Origin: a virus
Virus genome (UHGV): UHGV-1375816
Length of the DNA: 48,935 nucleotides
Direction: 5' to 3' (one strand)
The first letter of the stretch is position 1. Every line of letters starts with the position of its first letter. Below the pieces are notes generated by a model that saw only the letters and a program-made list of their open reading frames with translations, was not told the origin of the DNA and did not search any database. A program made the translations under genes and the position numbers. Below, in pieces: positions 37,046 to 46,152 of the stretch.

Positions 37046-38173
37046 CTATGTTCGGGAAAATACATTTTTAATTGCACGTTCATCGACCTGTTCCAGCTTG
37101 ACACCTGTGACAGGTGTTTCGGCGTACTGCTCCACTACGGACGGGTCGATACCTTTTTTGATACACTGTGCAGGCGTGTCCAGTTCCTGTGGCTTACGTA
37201 AATTCTGACCGAGTAAATCCCCCATCATAATCACCTGGTCCACCGGTACATCTTTCTTCCAGCGCTTACGACCGTATGTGGTTTTAGCGCTGTAGAATGT
37301 CACGTGTTGCCCCTGCTTAATCTCATGCAGTGCCTGTTCCTCCAGACCACTGAGACGCATTTTAATCATCTCCTGTGCACGCTGCAGGAGTCGCAACTCA
37401 ACGCCTAGTGCATGACCGGACAAATTATGCGTCTGCAACGACTGTACGTAGTCCACACCTGCATAACTCTGTTGCTTCAGCGTGTCACAGTGTGCACGTG
37501 CGCTACAGTCGAGACAGTGTGGTCCGGACGTGCACATCGGCGTGGCATCCAGCACGCGGGGCATCGTCTCGTTCACCTGCTGCCGGTATGCACACAGTTC
37601 GTCGTATGTGAGCACCCATTTACGTACTGTACCTTCACTGCTGAATCCGCGTGGCTGTACGATGACCAGTTCAATAATGCCCGGTGGCGACTGGAATTGT
37701 TCGCAAATACTGAACGCTTCAATCAACAACTGCCAGTTTTCAAACGGGTCAACAATACGGTGACCGAATTTCGCGTCCCAGACACGTAACACCTTCACTT
37801 CCGGTACGTACACCCATGCATCAGGGATACAGTACCAGTCACCATAACCGGGGACGGGACATATCTCCTCCACGTGGAGGTCGTACAACCGTCCGTGAGT
37901 ATTACAATACCCCCACACCTCGTTAAAATACTCGCGGGCAGCATCAAACAGTTCATCTGTGATAACAATTCCGTCCTTTGACAGACTTCCCACCAGGTCA
38001 CTGAATGGCTCATTTTTGAATAACTTCTGAGCCACTTCGTGACATGCCCGACCAAATAATCTCGATTCGGATGGTTCATCTGACAATGATGGATGCAATT
38101 GCTGTGCACGAAATGAACCGTTACAGGCCATCCATGTTCCGGCATCAGATACTTTCGGTAGTTGTGTGGTCAT
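37046..38173 (-). CDS. DUF2800-like PD-(D/E)XK nuclease with C-terminal Cys cluster (Cas4-like)
   Basis: C-terminal CTSGPHCLDCSARAHC. Nuclease-like core. Position in the module. Confidence 0.5.
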   Translation of the reverse strand: MTTQLPKVSDAGTWMACNGSFRAQQLHPSLSDEPSESRLFGRACHEVAQKLFKNEPFSDLVGSLSKDGIVITDELFDAAREYFNEVWGYCNTHGRLYDLHVEEICPVPGYGDWYCIPDAWVYVPEVKVLRVWDAKFGHRIVDPFENWQLLIEAFSICEQFQSPPGIIELVIVQPRGFSSEGTVRKWVLTYDELCAYRQQVNETMPRVLDATPMCTSGPHCLDCSARAHCDTLKQQSYAGVDYVQSLQTHNLSGHALGVELRLLQRAQEMIKMRLSGLEEQALHEIKQGQHVTFYSAKTTYGRKRWKKDVPVDQVIMMGDLLGQNLRKPQELDTPAQCIKKGIDPSVVEQYAETPVTGVKLEQVDERAIKNVFSRT

Positions 38174-39043
38174 TTACTCCCCCAAATGCGCTTTAACACG
38201 TGCCACGAACGGACCGATTTTATCCGGGTGGGCGTTCAGTTCCTGTACCGACAACATACCGTCCTGCGCCAGCAGCGTGTTCACCGTTGCCACATCAATC
38301 TTACCGTGACGCTCGGTCAGGAAGGTCATGAGGCGCGGGAAGTCCCATGTGGTTACTTCCGGTACAGGCGGTGCAACAACTACCGGCGGTGGTACAGGGA
38401 TTGGCGGAATACCCACAACGGTTTGCTCGGTTACCACGCCTGCGTCAGTGTGGAAGTCATCGCCCGGCGGTGTTACGGGTGGTTCGACGTTATCAACTTC
38501 TTCCCGTGTCGGTTCGCCAATTTCCACGGGGTTCGGGGTTTTGACTTCTTCATTGGTCATTACTGGCGTTTGAGTATGTAACTCACCCTTAACAGACTCG
38601 ACAAATGCCGTCCACTCTGCCTCATCCATATCCTTCGGCTTACGACGCAGACGCCACGTGCCGTCCGCATTGAGCGCTTTACTGGCGGAGTGGATACGCT
38701 CGTCCCACGGTGTACCGGTTGAGTCGGCTACAGGAGCAGGTTGAGGGTTGTCCGAGCCTAAATCGGTTTCATACGTTGCACCATTCGCTTCGACCGATAC
38801 AGCCAGCGACTCAACCTGTTGTGCGGTTGTATCAATCTCCGGCTGGAATTCTTCCGCAGTGGTGCGTAGACGCTCCAGCGCAGCAGTCGCTTCGCTCGTG
38901 TCAATGTTCAATTTATACGACAGTTTACCTACAGTCTTACGTGGCTCAGCACCGTGCGCCAGTGCCATTTCTTCCAGCGCTTTACCAAACGCACGCAGCG
39001 CAATGTGGTCGTCGTTCGGGATGGTTAATGTGATATTACCCAT
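38174..39043 (-). CDS. Hypothetical replication-module protein with Pro-rich segment and PWDERIH motif
   Basis: GGAGGA RBS before ATG 39043 (the track's 39163 is upstream). The motif TGTPWDERIHSAS is shared with 32992..33585. Confidence 0.45.
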   Translation of the reverse strand: MGNITLTIPNDDHIALRAFGKALEEMALAHGAEPRKTVGKLSYKLNIDTSEATAALERLRTTAEEFQPEIDTTAQQVESLAVSVEANGATYETDLGSDNPQPAPVADSTGTPWDERIHSASKALNADGTWRLRRKPKDMDEAEWTAFVESVKGELHTQTPVMTNEEVKTPNPVEIGEPTREEVDNVEPPVTPPGDDFHTDAGVVTEQTVVGIPPIPVPPPVVVAPPVPEVTTWDFPRLMTFLTERHGKIDVATVNTLLAQDGMLSVQELNAHPDKIGPFVARVKAHLGE

Positions 39044-39121
39044 GTCTCTCTGTCCTCCGTTGTTGTCGATGTGTTGAACTCTATACCACCATGACGCACT
39101 CGTCAACACTAATTTTAAATT

Positions 39122-39164
39122 TGACACGGGGTGGGTGGTGCGACATAATGACGCCATCGTCAAT
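39122..39164 (+). promoter_or_regulatory. Consensus sigma70 promoter TTGACA, 17-nt spacer, CATAAT, with the palindromic site ATGACGCCATCGTCAA at +1. A second palindromic site lies at 39092..39107
   Basis: Read directly. The palindrome sits in operator position over -10/+1. Confidence 0.6.
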
Positions 39165-39183
39165 AACAGAGAGGTAATGAGAG

Positions 39184-39411
39184 ATGACGCTGTTGGGACA
39201 ATTGATTACCGATATGGTGGAAAAGCAGAACTTTGAAAACAAAGTAAAAATTCTTTCGGAAATGCCAGAATGGGAGTTCATTACAGTGATGGGTTACGGT
39301 TTCTTTGATGAAATCTGTGCGGGTACAACACATAAGGGTGTCTATTACACTGAACAGGAAATTTATGCGGCGTACTGGAAACGCAACCCCGACGCGGAGC
39401 CACTATTATGA
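39184..39411 (+). CDS. Hypothetical protein
   Basis: GAGG RBS. Lies downstream of the consensus promoter. Confidence 0.5.
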   Translation: MTLLGQLITDMVEKQNFENKVKILSEMPEWEFITVMGYGFFDEICAGTTHKGVYYTEQEIYAAYWKRNPDAEPLL

Positions 39412-39689
39412 AAATTAAACAACTGCTCCGACCTTCTTACGGCTGGTACAATTCGGTCAGTAAGAAGGATAAATGGTTCCTCGACGATGTGCAGATACCG
39501 ATGTATGTGGCACGTAAATTAATCAGAAAAGCACGCATGGTCGAGTCGAACAGCGTGCGTAAAGTGTGGGAGATGTGGTTGACATGTGGTGAATCACCTC
39601 TCATAATGGAGCAACGTTTTGACATTGGGAGAGGTGAAACATGGCTAACCATAGAAAAGATATCACTGGTGAAAAATTCGGGATGTTAA
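39408..39689 (+). CDS. Hypothetical protein
   Basis: ORF with ATGA overlap to the previous gene. Confidence 0.45.
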   Translation: MKIKQLLRPSYGWYNSVSKKDKWFLDDVQIPMYVARKLIRKARMVESNSVRKVWEMWLTCGESPLIMEQRFDIGRGETWLTIEKISLVKNSGC

Positions 39690-40306
39690 CAGCAATAAAA
39701 CCAGTTCGCACAAATGAAAGGGGTGGTTGGATTTGGTTATTTAAGTGTGAATGTGGGGGTACAACCGAACGACTCGTCAGTACAATGTTAATTGCTAAAA
39801 AATCTGGAAAAAAATCACATTGTGGTTGTTCACCAGCATTGAAAACGCACGGTCTGTCCAAACGTTTTCGAAAATTAAATTGGGTCTGGACGGCAATGAA
39901 ACAACGCTGTTACAACCCGGAGTGTAAAGACTTTCCTCATTATGGTGGTCGCGGTATTACTGTCTGTCCAGAGTGGCATGATTTCGAGTTATTTCACGCC
40001 TGGGCAATATCCTCAGGGTATAAAGAAAAAGTGACAATAGAAAGAAAAGATGTAGATGGTGATTATTGTCCCGAAAATTGCACTTGGATTGAAAACGAGA
40101 AGCAACCATTAAATAGAACCAATACTCTGAAATACGAGTACAACGGGAAAATGTATGATATCCGTGAACTATCAGAGGTATCGGGTATTAATTATTACAC
40201 TTTGAAGGGTAGGTTAACTCACTACGGGTGGTCGGTAGAACGCGCAATTTCAGAACCATCGTTTAAGGGTAAGAATCAGACATATAAGGGGCCGACAAAA
40301 TGCTAA
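39641..40306 (+). CDS. HNH-family homing endonuclease with N-terminal Cys4 finger. Paralogue of 6155..6838
   Basis: CECGG..CGC, YGGRGITVCPEW, VDGDYCPENCTWIENEKQ. Confidence 0.75.
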   Translation: MANHRKDITGEKFGMLTAIKPVRTNERGGWIWLFKCECGGTTERLVSTMLIAKKSGKKSHCGCSPALKTHGLSKRFRKLNWVWTAMKQRCYNPECKDFPHYGGRGITVCPEWHDFELFHAWAISSGYKEKVTIERKDVDGDYCPENCTWIENEKQPLNRTNTLKYEYNGKMYDIRELSEVSGINYYTLKGRLTHYGWSVERAISEPSFKGKNQTYKGPTKC

Positions 40307-41973
40307 TAATGCGCCCATATCAACAAGACGCTATCGACAATGTGTACGCAAATTGGGCTGTCGGTAAGCGTTTTGTAGTTCTGGTGATGCCGACAGGCAG
40401 TGGTAAAGCAAGCGTACTATGTGAAATTGCGCGAATCGAAGCGGCACGCGGGCAGCGAGTGCTGATAACCGCCCACCGTTCAGAGCTAATATCACAGTTA
40501 AGCAATACATTAGCCAGAAACGAACTCCGTCACAATATAATTGCGGCACACTCGACAATAAAGTATTCAATCAGGCTCCACATGGAGGACCACGGCCGAA
40601 CTTATTACGACCCATCAGCAAAAATAACCGTCGCTTCAGTTCAGTCCGTTAAACAACAACACATCGATGAACTGAAGGCGTACCGCGATAAATTAACAAT
40701 CATAGGTGACGAATTTCACCATTATACGCGCGACTCAAAAACGTGGGGCGGTGTTTTTACACCGCTTGATAACGCGGGTGCACGCGGTTTAGGGTTGACA
40801 GCTACACCATGTCGGGCCGATGGAAAAGGGTTGTCACGTGAAACAGACGGATATGGTGACGCACTCGTTATCGGGCCGGGAATGCGTGACCTTATCGAGA
40901 TGGGTTTTCTGGTGGATTACAAAATTTATTGTCCACCTTCCGATTTACATCTTGATAGAGTTAAAGTCAGCACCACGACTGGCGATTATGCCGAAAAAGA
41001 ACTCAAGGAGGAAATTGGTAAATCCCACATTGTGGGGGACATAGTTCAACACTGGCTAAAATTTACACCCGGTAAACGTGGTGTGACTTTCACTGTCGGC
41101 GTGGATATGGCGGAAGAAGTTGCTGACGCGTACCGCGCAAAAGGTGTGCCTGCTGTAGCTGTATCGGGGAGGATGAAAGACAGTGAACGTATTCAGGCAC
41201 TGCGTGATATTGCCAGCGGAAAAGTTTTACAGATTGTAAACGATAGTGTTCTCACAGAAGGGACAGACGTTAGTTCCCTGGAAGTCGTATCATTTGCGCG
41301 ACCTACGCAAAGCTACGCGCTTTTTTGCCAGATGTTTGGGCGAGGCACGCGGACCAGTCCCGACACGGGGAAGACATATCTCACGGTCATCGATGCTGTA
41401 TCAAACGTCATGCGCCACGGTTTACCGGATGCACCGCGTGAGTGGAGTCTTGACCGCCGGGAGCGTCGCACGGGTAAAAGTGAACCATCGACGGTGCGCG
41501 TGTGTACAGCTTGTGCGGCAGTGTATGAGCGGTTCCTCGACGCATGTCCGGACTGCGGCGAGCCTGTACCTAAACCGGCAGACCGCTCCGGCCCGATGCA
41601 GGTGGACGGCGACCTGTACGAGCTTGACCCGGATGTACTGGCACAGATGCGCAATGAGGTTGTGGGAGCACGTGAGACACCCGAGGCAATGCGCAACAGG
41701 CTGACGGCGATGAATGTACCACCCGCTGGAGTGATGGCTAATGTCAAGCGTCAAAGTGAGCGCCTGGAAGTGCTGGGACGACTGGATGGTCTGATGGCGA
41801 CTATTGCCGGTTACTGGCGACACGACGGCATGAGCGACAAAGAAATATTTCGTAAATTTTTCCTGACTTATCACGTCGACTGGTTAAGTGCACAAGGCCT
41901 GAAAAAAGATGATGCACTAACACTTATGGAAAAAATACAAAATGACGTTGACGGACTCGTCAAAACGCACTAA
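40300..41973 (+). CDS. SF2 DNA helicase (DEAD/DEAH-like) with C-terminal zinc ribbon
   Basis: Walker A VLVMPTGSGKAS, motif II IIGDEFHHY, C-terminal CTACAAVYERFLDACPDCG. Confidence 0.75.
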   Translation: MLIMRPYQQDAIDNVYANWAVGKRFVVLVMPTGSGKASVLCEIARIEAARGQRVLITAHRSELISQLSNTLARNELRHNIIAAHSTIKYSIRLHMEDHGRTYYDPSAKITVASVQSVKQQHIDELKAYRDKLTIIGDEFHHYTRDSKTWGGVFTPLDNAGARGLGLTATPCRADGKGLSRETDGYGDALVIGPGMRDLIEMGFLVDYKIYCPPSDLHLDRVKVSTTTGDYAEKELKEEIGKSHIVGDIVQHWLKFTPGKRGVTFTVGVDMAEEVADAYRAKGVPAVAVSGRMKDSERIQALRDIASGKVLQIVNDSVLTEGTDVSSLEVVSFARPTQSYALFCQMFGRGTRTSPDTGKTYLTVIDAVSNVMRHGLPDAPREWSLDRRERRTGKSEPSTVRVCTACAAVYERFLDACPDCGEPVPKPADRSGPMQVDGDLYELDPDVLAQMRNEVVGARETPEAMRNRLTAMNVPPAGVMANVKRQSERLEVLGRLDGLMATIAGYWRHDGMSDKEIFRKFFLTYHVDWLSAQGLKKDDALTLMEKIQNDVDGLVKTH

Positions 41974-41976
41974 CAT
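41948..41976 (+). promoter_or_regulatory. Promoter TTGACGGACTCGTCAA, 17-nt spacer, TAACAT, overlapping the helicase 3' end
   Basis: Perfect 6-4-6 palindrome. It codes for the helicase C-terminus ...VDGLVKTH. Confidence 0.55.
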
Positions 41977-42007
41977 GTTCCCGATGTGAATGAATTAGGA
42001 GTGTATC

Positions 42008-42478
42008 ATGAACAACCTTCTCGAATGGCAACGTAAACACAGTATCACAGGGGAGGCATTGGCTGACCTTGTGACGATGGTGGGATTGGATGCCCCACGC
42101 TCAACCAAAGATACACCCGAAGCGCGCGTACAGGATGAGGCGCGGCTGCTGGCAAGTAAGATGGGCTGGCGACTTTTTCGCAATAATTGCGGTGCGTTAA
42201 AAGATGAAAATGGTCGAGTTGTACGTTACGGTCTGTGCAACGACTCTTCAACGATGAACAAGCGTATCAAGTCGAGCGACCTCATCGGTATCCGCCCCGT
42301 GGTTATCACACCTGATATGGTAGGGTTAACCATTGGACAGTTTGTGGCACGTGAGGTGAAAAAGGCCGGATGGAAGTATAAAGGCACGGAACATGAACGG
42401 GCACAGCTTGCGTTTGGGACACTCATTATCGGGCTGGGCGGGGACTTTAAATTCTGGAATGGTGAGGGGGAGTTGTGA
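42008..42478 (+). CDS. VRR-NUC domain nuclease
   Basis: SDLIGIRPVV...GQFVAREVKK matches the D...ExK PD-(D/E)XK signature of VRR-NUC. Confidence 0.6.
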   Translation: MNNLLEWQRKHSITGEALADLVTMVGLDAPRSTKDTPEARVQDEARLLASKMGWRLFRNNCGALKDENGRVVRYGLCNDSSTMNKRIKSSDLIGIRPVVITPDMVGLTIGQFVAREVKKAGWKYKGTEHERAQLAFGTLIIGLGGDFKFWNGEGEL

Positions 42479-42759
42479 TGGGTATGTGCAGATGTAATCT
42501 ATGTGGTGTAGAAAGTAGTTCCGCTGAAAAACACAACGGGCAGTATGAAACACTCGTCGAGTTAATTTTACAATCCGGCGGAGAGAAACAACTGGTCGAA
42601 TTGATACGTATTTTCAGTAAGCGATTCTGCACGGGTGTCTCAACCAGTCAAGGAGCTAACCTTTTGGCTTACGAAAGACAAGAATTGTACAATGCGGACG
42701 TAATTGCGCTGGCATCCAAAAAACTCCAACAGATGCTGAACGACAGGGTAAGGGATTGA
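42475..42759 (+). CDS. Hypothetical Cys-containing protein
   Basis: ORF with ATGA overlap to the previous gene. Confidence 0.4.
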   Translation: MMGMCRCNLCGVESSSAEKHNGQYETLVELILQSGGEKQLVELIRIFSKRFCTGVSTSQGANLLAYERQELYNADVIALASKKLQQMLNDRVRD

Positions 42760-42784
42760 CCACTCCGTCAACCTGTGCCATACT
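42756..42784 (+). promoter_or_regulatory. Promoter TTGACCACTCCGTCAA, 17-nt spacer, CATACT
   Basis: Palindromic family member, 30 nt upstream of ATG 42814. Confidence 0.5.
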
Positions 42785-42813
42785 GCAACAAATTACCTAA
42801 TGGAACCGAATTT

Positions 42814-43095
42814 ATGAGCAAAGATAATATTTTAGAAGTCGCATATGTAATGGCACAGCGTGATGGCTTCGGTAGTCTAACGCGTGATGGTGTCGCAGCC
42901 GAAGCCGGTGTGGCAATGGGTACCATCAATCACCATTGGAAAGTCATGTCAGCTTTGCGCGATGCCGTTATGCAACGGGCGGTGGAGGAAGAGAATCTGG
43001 AAATTATTGCACAAGGTATTGCATTGGGGGATAAAATTGCCAATTCAGCATCCAGAGATGTCAGAGTCAAAGCAGTCAATGAATATCTTCTGTAA
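42814..43095 (+). CDS. TetR-like helix-turn-helix protein (94 aa)
   Basis: ILEVAYVMAQRDGFGSLTRDGVAAEAGVAMGTINHHW matches the TetR_N HTH pattern. The track start at 42775 is upstream. Confidence 0.5.
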   Translation: MSKDNILEVAYVMAQRDGFGSLTRDGVAAEAGVAMGTINHHWKVMSALRDAVMQRAVEEENLEIIAQGIALGDKIANSASRDVRVKAVNEYLL

Positions 43096-43106
43096 AGGAA
43101 ACGAAA

Positions 43107-43787
43107 ATGGGAGGCAAACGTCTAACGACGGTTGATTTCATTGAAAAGTCCACGGGGGTGCATAATGGCAAGTATGACTATAGGAAATCGTTGTACATCA
43201 ACAGTTTGACCAAATTGACAATAACTTGTCCTGAGCATGGGGATTTTAAACGAATCCCCAGTAGTCACCTCCGAGGATATGGGTGTCCAAAATGCGGAGG
43301 GAAACTGAAAAGCAATACCCTCGATTTCATTCGGAAGGCACTTTTAGTTTACGATAACAAATACTCGTATGAAAAAGTAAAATACGTTTCCAATAAAACC
43401 AAAGTCACCATTACTTGCTCCGAACATGGTGACTTCAAGCAAACACCCAATCATCATTTACGTGGGGTCGGGTGCCCGAAATGCGCCAAACATGGATTTA
43501 ACCCAGCAAAAAGTGCCACTATTTACGCAATTCGCTCCGATTGTGGGCAATACGTGAAGATCGGGATAACCAACAACTTCGAACAGAGATTTTCTCAATT
43601 GAGAAGGGCAACACCGTTTGACGTATCCGTCATAGAGCGTATAGAATGTGACGGACAAACAGCACGACAGTTTGAAAAGATGTTTCATGACAAATTCGAA
43701 TCCGCCGGGTTTACGGGGTTCGATGGTGCAACAGAATGGTTGCGATGGTCAACAGAATTACAATACTGGTTAAGGTTACTGAAATGA
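43107..43787 (+). CDS. T5orf172-domain homing-type endonuclease with two zinc-ribbon repeats
   Basis: CPEHGDF...GYGCPKCGG occurs twice. C-terminal YVKIGITNNFEQRFSQLRRATPFDV...ATEWLRW. Confidence 0.7.
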   Translation: MGGKRLTTVDFIEKSTGVHNGKYDYRKSLYINSLTKLTITCPEHGDFKRIPSSHLRGYGCPKCGGKLKSNTLDFIRKALLVYDNKYSYEKVKYVSNKTKVTITCSEHGDFKQTPNHHLRGVGCPKCAKHGFNPAKSATIYAIRSDCGQYVKIGITNNFEQRFSQLRRATPFDVSVIERIECDGQTARQFEKMFHDKFESAGFTGFDGATEWLRWSTELQYWLRLLK

Positions 43788-46054
43788 TGATTACAGAGAG
43801 AAAACAGTACATTCCTTACTCACTCATTAAAGTGGGTGACAAAACAACCAAGCGGCCCCACGGTTCCACAACCAACCCGAATGACTGGTTGACGTATGGT
43901 GACGCACTCGCACGGGGTGCCGACGGAGTTGGATTCGTGTTCACCGATACAGACCCATATTTCTTCATTGACATCGACCATTGTCTAATTGACGGGGCAT
44001 GGTCTCCGTTGGCTGTGGAACTGTGTCAGACTTTCGCCGGGTGCTATGTTGAAATTTCACAGAGTGGAACAGCATTGCACATCATTGGGCGATATTCTTC
44101 CATCCCTGAACACGCTTGTAAAAACATACCGCTCGGTATCGAACTCTACCACACCGAAAGATTTGTCGCTTTGACTGGTTCAAGTGCGCAAGGGTCGTGG
44201 GAACACGATGCCACCGGGGCACTAAATACAGTAATTGCACGCTATTTTCCGAAAGAAGAATCCACGGTATTGGTAAAATGGACAGACTCGCCACAGGTGG
44301 GTAGTAACCCGATTGAGGATGATGCGAAACTCATCGAAAAAGCGTGTGCGGCTAAAGAAGGGGTTTCGGTTGTTTTTGGTGGTAAGGCCACTTTTAAAGA
44401 CCTGTGGAATGGTGTGGTATCAGAAGACGACGACCGTTCATCGCTCGACTCATCTCTCGCCACCCGGCTTTTATGGTGGACAGGCGGAAACTGCGAAAGA
44501 ACTAAGTCACTGATGCTGCAGAGTGGCCTCAAAAGAGATAAATGGTTCACCAATAAGTCATATCTGGAGCGAACCATCCTCAACGCCGCCGGACTTCTTA
44601 CAACCTACTACAGTGTCGGCGCACCGATTGAACTGGTGACTCCTGCTCAGGTTGTTGAGACGGGTGCACCGGTTATCCGCAGTGGGTATCAATTCATTGG
44701 TGGCTCACAACTTGTTGACCACTTCAAAGGCTGCGTGTATGTGGCAGACAGTCACCGTATTCTCACGCCAAACGGTCAGATGCTGAAGTCCGAGCAGTTT
44801 AATGCAATGTACGGTGGCTACGTGTTTGCGCTGGATGACGGTAACGAGAAGACCACCAAAAAGGCTTTTGAAGCGTTCACCGAGAACCAGTGCATTATGT
44901 TCCCGAAGGTTGACCGCTCAACGTTCCGTCCGGACCTGCCGCAGGGTGCCATTATCGAAGAAGACGGTCTGCGTCATGTCAACGCATACGTACCGGTGAC
45001 AGTGGCGAGCGTCCCGGGCGATGTGACACCTTTCCTCACTCATCTGGCCAAACTGTTACCCGTTGAGCGCGACCGCGACATCCTGCTGTCCTACATGGCG
45101 GCGTGCGTACAGTACAAAGGGACCAAGTTCAAGTGGGCGCCATTACTGCAGGGTGTTGAAGGTAACGGTAAAACACTGTTCACACTGTGCGTAATGGAAG
45201 CGGTCGGTTCACGTTACAGTCACATGCCGCCAGCGCAGGAAATTGGCGAGAAGTTCAACGCATGGTTATTCGATAAAATATTCATCGGCGTGGAGGATAT
45301 ATACGTTCCGGAGCAGAAACTCGAACTGATTGAAACACTCAAACCGATGATTACCGGTGAGTACCTCGCTAAACGTGCGATGCAGCAGGACCAGGTAATG
45401 CACCGCCTGTGTGCCAACTTCATGTTCAACAGTAACCACAAGAACGCTGTGCGCAAGACCGCTAATGACCGCCGGTTCGCCATTTTCTACACCGCGCAGC
45501 AGGAGCATATCGACATCGTGCGCGACGGTATGGGTGGAGACTACTTCCCCAACCTGTATGACTGGCTCAAACGTGGCGGTGGATTTGCAGCCGTGACGCA
45601 TTATCTGGAGAACTACGCCATTCCCGCACAGTTTAACCCGGCGACACATTGTCAGCGTGCGCCAGAGACCAGCAGTACTCACGAGGCTGTGACAGCATCA
45701 CTTGGCAGCGTCGAACAGGAAATCATGGAAGCAATTGACGAGGGTCGCCAGGGCTTTGCGGGTGGTTGGGTGAGCAGTAAGGCACTGGACAACCTGTTAC
45801 ACCAGATGCGTGCCGACCGCGCTGTACCGGTGGGTAAACGTCGTGACATGATGCGTCAACTAGGTTACGACTGGCACCCGGCGCTCAAGGATGGACGCGT
45901 GAATAACGTGATAATGATTGACGGTGGTAAGCCACGGTTGTACATCAAGATTGGACACATTCACGCTAACCTCACAAATGCAGCAGACGTGGCGCGCCAT
46001 TACGCGGCGGCACAGGGTGATACAAGCGCTATTGCCTTTGCGGAAACTAAATAA
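43784..46054 (+). CDS. Primase / SF3 helicase (primase-polymerase N-terminal domain + D5-like P-loop NTPase)
   Basis: Walker A VEGNGKT. Large N-terminal domain with an acidic catalytic patch FFIDIDH. ATG 43784 overlaps the endonuclease stop (ATGA). The track start at 43736 is upstream. Confidence 0.7.
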   Translation: MMITERKQYIPYSLIKVGDKTTKRPHGSTTNPNDWLTYGDALARGADGVGFVFTDTDPYFFIDIDHCLIDGAWSPLAVELCQTFAGCYVEISQSGTALHIIGRYSSIPEHACKNIPLGIELYHTERFVALTGSSAQGSWEHDATGALNTVIARYFPKEESTVLVKWTDSPQVGSNPIEDDAKLIEKACAAKEGVSVVFGGKATFKDLWNGVVSEDDDRSSLDSSLATRLLWWTGGNCERTKSLMLQSGLKRDKWFTNKSYLERTILNAAGLLTTYYSVGAPIELVTPAQVVETGAPVIRSGYQFIGGSQLVDHFKGCVYVADSHRILTPNGQMLKSEQFNAMYGGYVFALDDGNEKTTKKAFEAFTENQCIMFPKVDRSTFRPDLPQGAIIEEDGLRHVNAYVPVTVASVPGDVTPFLTHLAKLLPVERDRDILLSYMAACVQYKGTKFKWAPLLQGVEGNGKTLFTLCVMEAVGSRYSHMPPAQEIGEKFNAWLFDKIFIGVEDIYVPEQKLELIETLKPMITGEYLAKRAMQQDQVMHRLCANFMFNSNHKNAVRKTANDRRFAIFYTAQQEHIDIVRDGMGGDYFPNLYDWLKRGGGFAAVTHYLENYAIPAQFNPATHCQRAPETSSTHEAVTASLGSVEQEIMEAIDEGRQGFAGGWVSSKALDNLLHQMRADRAVPVGKRRDMMRQLGYDWHPALKDGRVNNVIMIDGGKPRLYIKIGHIHANLTNAADVARHYAAAQGDTSAIAFAETK

Positions 46055-46075
46055 GCCCTTCGGGGCTTATTTTTG
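46053..46075 (+). terminator. Intrinsic terminator AAGCCCttcgGGGCTT + ATTTTTG
   Basis: Hairpin plus T-run. Confidence 0.8.
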
Positions 46076-46084
46076 CAATTAGTA

Positions 46085-46113
46085 TTGACGGACTCGTCAA
46101 GGTGGGTTATCTT
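46085..46113 (+). promoter_or_regulatory. Promoter TTGACGGACTCGTCAA, 17-nt spacer, TATCTT
   Basis: Perfect palindrome identical to the one at 41948. Confidence 0.55.
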
Positions 46114-46152
46114 CAACTCATCGGAACAACAACAATTAAGGAGACTAAACAA

